Position numbers and translations under genes: made by a program. This document shows positions 59,680 to 64,000 of a stretch of DNA of 64,000 nucleotides, one piece after another. The notes beneath the pieces were generated by a model, which saw nothing but the letters and a program-made list of their open reading frames with translations, searched no databases and was not told where the DNA came from. This DNA comes from Candidatus Spechtbacteria bacterium. GTDB lineage: Bacteria > Patescibacteriota > Minisyncoccia > Spechtbacterales > JACPHP01. Each line of letters starts with the position of its first letter. Positions within the stretch are counted from its first letter, which is position 1. The stretch lies in NCBI GenBank assembly GCA_016188605.1, contig JACPHP010000013.1:2846-66845 (forward strand), read 5' to 3'.

Positions 59680-59688
59680 ATTATAGCA
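59680..59688 (-). promoter_or_regulatory. Extended -10 promoter
   Basis: TGCTATAAT. Confidence 0.55.
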
Positions 59689-59700
59689 TAATAAATCTAT

Positions 59701-60327
59701 CTACCAACTTTCTAATAGCTCGTTTGCATTAACTACTCGAGCAAACAAATAAGGAAAGGTATGGTCCAAAAGCTCTTTTTGTATATTTTGCCTAATAGGA
59801 ACGTCTGTAGTTTCCACTAAATCCCTTAAAACTACAAAGTTATAACCCTTGGAAAAGCCGCCTGCTACCGTAGCCAGCACACAGCCATCGGTAAAAGCGC
59901 CGGCGATTACAATATATTTGATGCCTCTTTTTTGCAGATCTTCTTCTAAAGCAGGGTTTGCTATGGCATCGTTGGTATTCTTCACTATTACTAAATCGTT
60001 TTCCTTGGGCTCAATTCCGTAGAATTGCTCGGGAAAACCCGTAGTATCTTTTGAATAATACGCGAATCTGGAATCGGAATAGAGATTGTTAATGTTTTCA
60101 GCCAAATATTCTTTAGTCCAAGGGACATTTTTGGTAAACACTATCAACCCGCCAATTTTATTGCGATACTCTTCAATAAACCTAGCGAGTCTAGGAACCA
60201 TCATTCTAATTTTTGAAAAATGAATACCCCACTCCGGAATCTCGCATTTTTCATTGGCGCTGGAATTAATAACGTCAATAACAAGAAGAGCAGAATTTGC
60301 AGTATTCATTTCTGGAAATGGTTTCAT
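59701..60327 (-). CDS. Isochorismatase-family cysteine hydrolase
   Basis: ALLVIDV, K, GAFTDGCV (Asp-Lys-Cys triad); start ATG 60327 because the longer ORF crosses tRNAs. Confidence 0.85.
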   Translation of the reverse strand: MKPFPEMNTANSALLVIDVINSSANEKCEIPEWGIHFSKIRMMVPRLARFIEEYRNKIGGLIVFTKNVPWTKEYLAENINNLYSDSRFAYYSKDTTGFPEQFYGIEPKENDLVIVKNTNDAIANPALEEDLQKRGIKYIVIAGAFTDGCVLATVAGGFSKGYNFVVLRDLVETTDVPIRQNIQKELLDHTFPYLFARVVNANELLESW

Positions 60328-60340
60328 AGATATGTATTTG

Positions 60341-60519
60341 CGGGGGCTGAGAGAATCGGACTCCCGATCGTGATTTTGCCTGCCCGCCATACTTGCGGGA
60401 GTGCCAGGACTCGAACCTGGATACCTAGTTTTGGAGACTAGAGTCCTGCCGTTGGACGACACTCCCATAGAGGCAAGGTAGGCGGGGAGACCACAGTTAT
60501 ACCACTTAACTAAGCCCCC
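60341..60519 (-). tRNA. Interrupted (outer) tRNA-Trp(CCA); 108-nt insertion 60378-60485 in the anticodon
   Basis: Joined halves give GGGGGCT-TA-GTTA-AGTGGTA-TAAC-T-GTGGT-CTCCAAA-ATCAC-GATC-GGGAG-TCCGATT-CTCTC-AGCCCCC-G (71 nt, all four stems pair). T-loop is TCC rather than TTC, so it may be a pseudogene. Confidence 0.7.
60396..60466 (-). tRNA. tRNA-Trp(CCA), intact, nested inside the outer tRNA-Trp
   Basis: GGGAGTG..CTAGT-CTCCAAA-ACTAG..GGTTCGAGTCC..CACTCCC-G; no encoded CCA. Confidence 0.95.
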
Positions 60520-60598
60520 CGACTAAATTAGAATTTCCAATTTCGAATTTTGAATAAAATTAGAATACTTTAATATCCTAATTCTTAAACAACCCAAA

Positions 60599-60654
60599 TG
60601 TCATCTCGAGGCGCTTTGCGACGAGAGATCTCTCGCGCCACGCTCGAGACGACA
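60599..60654. repeat. GTCATCTCGAG palindromic element (copy 2)
   Basis: TGTCATCTCGAG..CGAGAGATCTCTCG..CTCGAGACGACA. Confidence 0.8.
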
Positions 60655-60669
60655 AACTTACCAAAACGC

Positions 60670-60837
60670 TTATTTCCCTTTCTTCTTGCCTTCGGAGTGC
60701 TTGGTATGAGATCCGCATTCTTTGCAGAACTTCATATATTCAAGCTTGCGTTCTACCTTCTTTTTGTTCTTTGATGACCAGTAATTCACATTACTGCACT
60801 TTGAACACTGGAGTTTAATGAGATTATCTTGTGACAT
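60670..60837 (-). CDS. rpmG: 50S ribosomal protein L33
   Basis: Manual translation MSQDNLIKLQCSKCSNVNYWSSKNKK..KLEYMKFCKECGSHTKH. Confidence 0.95.
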   Translation of the reverse strand: MSQDNLIKLQCSKCSNVNYWSSKNKKKVERKLEYMKFCKECGSHTKHSEGKKKGK

Positions 60838-60975
60838 ATGTGATAGAATTTGTTCGAAGCGAAGCGAGATTACAAATTCATCATCCCGCCCGCATCCCGC
60901 GTGGCGGGATTACATTTAATTATATCTTACGGCTTGGCGTGAACCCCGAGGGAGGGGTAATACCAAGTTACCTTG

Positions 60976-61048
60976 AGCCTGAGGGCGGGATTGAACCGCC
61001 GACCTCGTCCTTACCAAGGACGCGCTCTGCCAACTGAGCTACCCAGGC
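60976..61048 (-). tRNA. tRNA-Thr(GGT)
   Basis: GCCTGGGTAGCTCAGTTGG..CCTTGGTAAGG..GGTTCAATCC. Confidence 0.95.
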
Positions 61049-61059
61049 TATTATATACG

Positions 61060-61143
61060 TGGGCGGTGAGAGAATCGAACTCCCGTAGGCATGAAGCCAG
61101 CAGATTTACAGTCTGCCCCGATTGACCGCTCCGGCAACCGCCC
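61060..61143 (-). tRNA. tRNA-Tyr(GTA)
   Basis: GCAGACTGTAAATCTGC, long variable arm, GTTCGATTC. Confidence 0.95.
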
Positions 61144-61230
61144 AATAGCACGCCTGAAATTGGCAGGGTGTGCAACGTCAGTATCTTACCATATATTAGC
61201 AGAAAGTTTAATAAGGACAGGGACTGTAAG

Positions 61231-61347
61231 CCCCAAATCCCAATGACCAATGCCCAATCAAATCCTAATACTCAAAATCTCAAAAACGTTTTGGTCATTT
61301 AGTCATTAGGTCATTGATTGGTCATTTGAAATTGGTCATTGGTCATT
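61231..61347. repeat. Heptamer-arm inverted repeat, family G (AATGACC/GGTCATT)
   Basis: CCAATGACCAATGCCCAATC...GGTCATTTGAAATTGGTCATTGGTCATT. Confidence 0.8.
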
Positions 61348-61415
61348 CTCTTACGATAAACTCAGCAAAAAAGATTATAAATTGAATTCGTTTACCAAGC
61401 TAAGAGCCCCAACCC

Positions 61416-63299
61416 TTATTTCATTCCTTTCTTTCGTCTCTTTTCCTCATCCTCATCAAGAACAACCTTGCGAATACGTACATTGAGTGGGGTGATTTCC
61501 ACCAACTCATCATCGCCAATATACTCAAGCGCATCTTCCAACGTCATCACCCTTGGCTCATCAAAGTGCTCGGACACGCCTTCACCCTTTGAGCGCATGT
61601 TGGAAAGCTGTTTTTCTTTGCACACGTTAACAGCAATATCGTCACCTCTGCTATTCTGCCCGACAACTTGCCCCTTATATACTTCCTGGCCAGGTCCGAC
61701 AAAAAGCGTTCCACGATCTTGCACGTTTAGCAAGCCATACAAGCGCGTTGTGCCTGTTTCGTGCGCTACAAGTGAACCGTGTTCGCGCTCCAAAACCTTG
61801 CCACCCTTTGGGTGGTAGGCATCGAACAAAGTGTTGATAATCCCAAGCCCGCGCGTATCAGTTAAAAATTCGTTGCGATAACCAAACAAGCTCGCTGTTG
61901 GCACACGGAACTCGAAGTTCGTTACGCCATTATCTGTTTTCATGTTTATAAGCTGACCTTGGCGGCTGCCTAATTTCTGAATAATAACGCCGCCATATGG
62001 TTCAGGAACATCAATAAACAACAGCTCGTACGGCTCCATTTTTTGCTTCGGCCCGCTGGAGCCATCTGGCAAAAGGGGCCCGTCAATTTCTTTTTCAATA
62101 ACCTGCGGGCGTGATACTTGAAACTCATATCCTTCGCGGCGCATGCGCTCGATAAGAATAGCGAGGTGAAGCTCTCCACGGCCTGAAGCAATCCATCCGC
62201 CATTTATATCTTCAATGCGCAAAGCCATATCTGTTTCAAGCTCCTTGTAAAGACGATCGCGGATTTGGCGTGACGTGCTGTACTCGCCTTCCTTTCCCGC
62301 AAATGGCGAAGAGTTTATGGAAAAAGTCATCTTCACTGTTGGCTCGTCAATTTTTAACAAAGGAAGCGCAGTAGGGTTTTCAACAGAGGCGATTGTTTCG
62401 CCGATATTAATCTCCTGAATTCCTGAAATTGCCGCTATATCTCCCGCCTCAACGCTCGCTGCTTCTACACGGCCAAGTCCAACGAAAGTCATCAAGCTTG
62501 TAAGCTTGTATTTCTTTATTTCTCCCAAGTGGTTAATATGCGACACTTCTTGCCCCGCGCTAATTGTGCCGTTATAGACGCGGCCGATAGCAATACGCCC
62601 GCGGAAAGGGTCGCTCGTAATATTTACCGCCAACATTTGAAGAGGACTTTCTGGGTCTCCACCCGGAGCTGGAATGTGTTTTTCAATCGCATCAAAAACA
62701 GGCTTAATGTCTTGCATTGCCTCAAGGTTATTTTCATTTCCGGCTTTGCCAAGTTTTGCGGAAACATATAGCACTGGAAAATCCAAAGTCGCGTCATCAG
62801 CGCCAAGCTCAACGAACAGATCGAACGTTTTGTCCAGTACGTGATTTACTCGAGCGTCCGGACGGTCAATTTTGTTTATTACCACGATAATCTTATGCTT
62901 CATTTCCAGCGCCTTTTTCAAAACAAAACGTGTTTGCGGCATCGGACCTTCCTTGGCATCAACAAGCAACAGACATCCGTCAGCCATTTTCAACACGCGC
63001 TCAACCTCACCGCCGAAGTCGGCGTGGCCTGGGGTATCAATAATATTTATTTTTATTTTACCCGTCGGCTCGTCCGCCAAAGCTTTAGCGTCGGCGGAAG
63101 GATTCCATATTACCGATGCGTTCTTAGAAAAAATAGTAATTCCACGCTCGCGCTCAAGCTCGTTGCTATCCATTATGAGCTCGTTCTGCGCTACTTCTTT
63201 CTCCAGATGAGTTTTTGATTGGCGCAGCAAAGCATCCACTAAAGTGGTTTTGCCGTGATCTACGTGGGCTATGATAGCTACATTTCTAATTTGAGACAT
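61416..63299 (-). CDS. typA: Translational GTPase TypA/BipA
   Basis: [41 protein letters not shown]. Confidence 0.98.
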   Translation of the reverse strand: MSQIRNVAIIAHVDHGKTTLVDALLRQSKTHLEKEVAQNELIMDSNELERERGITIFSKNASVIWNPSADAKALADEPTGKIKINIIDTPGHADFGGEVERVLKMADGCLLLVDAKEGPMPQTRFVLKKALEMKHKIIVVINKIDRPDARVNHVLDKTFDLFVELGADDATLDFPVLYVSAKLGKAGNENNLEAMQDIKPVFDAIEKHIPAPGGDPESPLQMLAVNITSDPFRGRIAIGRVYNGTISAGQEVSHINHLGEIKKYKLTSLMTFVGLGRVEAASVEAGDIAAISGIQEINIGETIASVENPTALPLLKIDEPTVKMTFSINSSPFAGKEGEYSTSRQIRDRLYKELETDMALRIEDINGGWIASGRGELHLAILIERMRREGYEFQVSRPQVIEKEIDGPLLPDGSSGPKQKMEPYELLFIDVPEPYGGVIIQKLGSRQGQLINMKTDNGVTNFEFRVPTASLFGYRNEFLTDTRGLGIINTLFDAYHPKGGKVLEREHGSLVAHETGTTRLYGLLNVQDRGTLFVGPGQEVYKGQVVGQNSRGDDIAVNVCKEKQLSNMRSKGEGVSEHFDEPRVMTLEDALEYIGDDELVEITPLNVRIRKVVLDEDEEKRRKKGMK

Positions 63300-63306
63300 A
63301 AAATTA

Positions 63307-63424
63307 GGACTTGCGCGTTTGGCGCATTTCGTTGTTGCGGGCTCCGTTCCTCGACGCCGTATACTATATACGGCTTACTCCAGTACTCACCCGCGCCTAG
63401 AACTGCACTCAAACGCGCAAGTCC
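63307..63424. repeat. MITE-like element with 14-bp terminal inverted repeats
   Basis: GGACTTGCGCGTTT...AAACGCGCAAGTCC with internal CCGTATA-C-TATATACGG. Confidence 0.65.
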
Positions 63425-63516
63425 GCAATATATACAAAAGAAAAATCCGCCCAAAGGCAGATTGGCTCCTTGTCTAATGATTATATCAGAAAAATGACCT
63501 TATTGCAATAGCTGTA

Positions 63517-63555
63517 GCCCTATCCTAGGGTCGTCAGACGACCCTAGGATAGGGC
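63517..63555. repeat. Perfect 19-bp-arm palindrome
   Basis: GCCCTATCCTAGGGTCGTC-A-GACGACCCTAGGATAGGGC. Confidence 0.85.
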
Positions 63556-63598
63556 AGGTTTTGCGCAAGACTGACTTCTACAACGAACCCTGCAACCG

Positions 63599-63630
63599 AA
63601 TAACCCTCGCTATAAAGCGAGGGTTATTTT
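63599..63630. terminator. Terminator hairpin
   Basis: AATAACCCTCGCT-ATAA-AGCGAGGGTTATTTT. Confidence 0.7.
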
Positions 63631-63642
63631 AACCTAACTCAT

Positions 63643-64000
63643 TTAATTCGTAGCAGCGGCCTGTTTCTGTAATAACTGCTGTAATAGTTGGTGATCATGT
63701 AATAGTTGCTGCAACTGATCTTGGTTAATACATGTATTGCCCGCGCATAAAGTATCCCCAATTACGGTATCCGCAGTCACCCTATCCGCCACAATTTCCT
63801 TCACCTGCAAAATCCCCTCTTGAATATACACGCCTAGCTTACGCAGACCTGCTTGAATGTCGCTAATAATGTAATCAATCACTGAAGTAGAAGCTGGGGA
63901 GTTTGAAGCTGTGCCTACCGTGCCTAGCGAGTTTAGCGTAAGCGCTCCATATGGATCCGCAAACCCCACGCTCACAAAGACAAGGATTGCGCCGACTGTT
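63643..64000 (-). CDS. C-terminus of a large hypothetical (fibre/surface-like) protein, 5' part outside window
   Basis: Frame open to the window edge; ends LCAGNTCINQDQLQQLL. Confidence 0.55.
   Translation of the reverse strand, partial: TVGAILVFVSVGFADPYGALTLNSLGTVGTASNSPASTSVIDYIISDIQAGLRKLGVYIQEGILQVKEIVADRVTADTVIGDTLCAGNTCINQDQLQQLLHDHQLLQQLLQKQAAATN

Noticed and set aside
60328-60468. N-terminal extension of the isochorismatase ORF (59701..60468 in the track)
   Set aside because: It is read-through of the tRNA-Trp sequences; ATG 60327 gives a normal-length protein.
60378-60485. Group I intron in tRNA-Trp
   Set aside because: Only 108 nt, of which 71 are a tRNA, leaving no room for the P3-P7 catalytic core.
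63643-64000. Prophage tail gene
   Set aside because: Only a C-terminal fragment is visible and no other phage genes are present; such tails occur on chromosomal surface proteins.

Overview
A 64-kb stretch of a bacterial chromosome in genetic code 11, most likely Patescibacteria/CPR (Parcubacteria-like). That assignment is inferred from the short ProS, S4 and ATP synthase delta/epsilon subunits, the A/T-rich non-SD starts, and the PEGA and beta-propeller surface proteins. Core genes include a UvrD-nuclease fusion, cysS, intein-containing dnaB, recR, a complete atp operon, lysS, greA, pbp2, two mreB paralogues, proS, murA, the alpha operon, a Tyr-Thr-rpmG-Trp cluster and typA. Interspersed are metabolic cassettes with strong Shine-Dalgarno sites: a divergent 2-oxoacid dehydrogenase E1/E2 with lipB, purF, a nadK-nadD-pncA-pncB salvage operon with a candidate NrtR box, a Gre paralogue, and purM plus a deoxyribosyltransferase. 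The most striking feature is a dense set of small non-coding palindromic elements. Heptamer-arm inverted repeats fill every junction of the atp operon and nearly every junction of the alpha operon. GC-rich mini-palindromes nest inside each other and sit in frame inside uvrD, cysS, atpD, typA and a glycosyltransferase. One of them splits the anticodon of a tRNA-Trp gene and carries a second, complete, different tRNA-Trp inside the insertion (60341-60519). No transposase, integrase or CRISPR array was seen. All calls were made by eye, without database searches.
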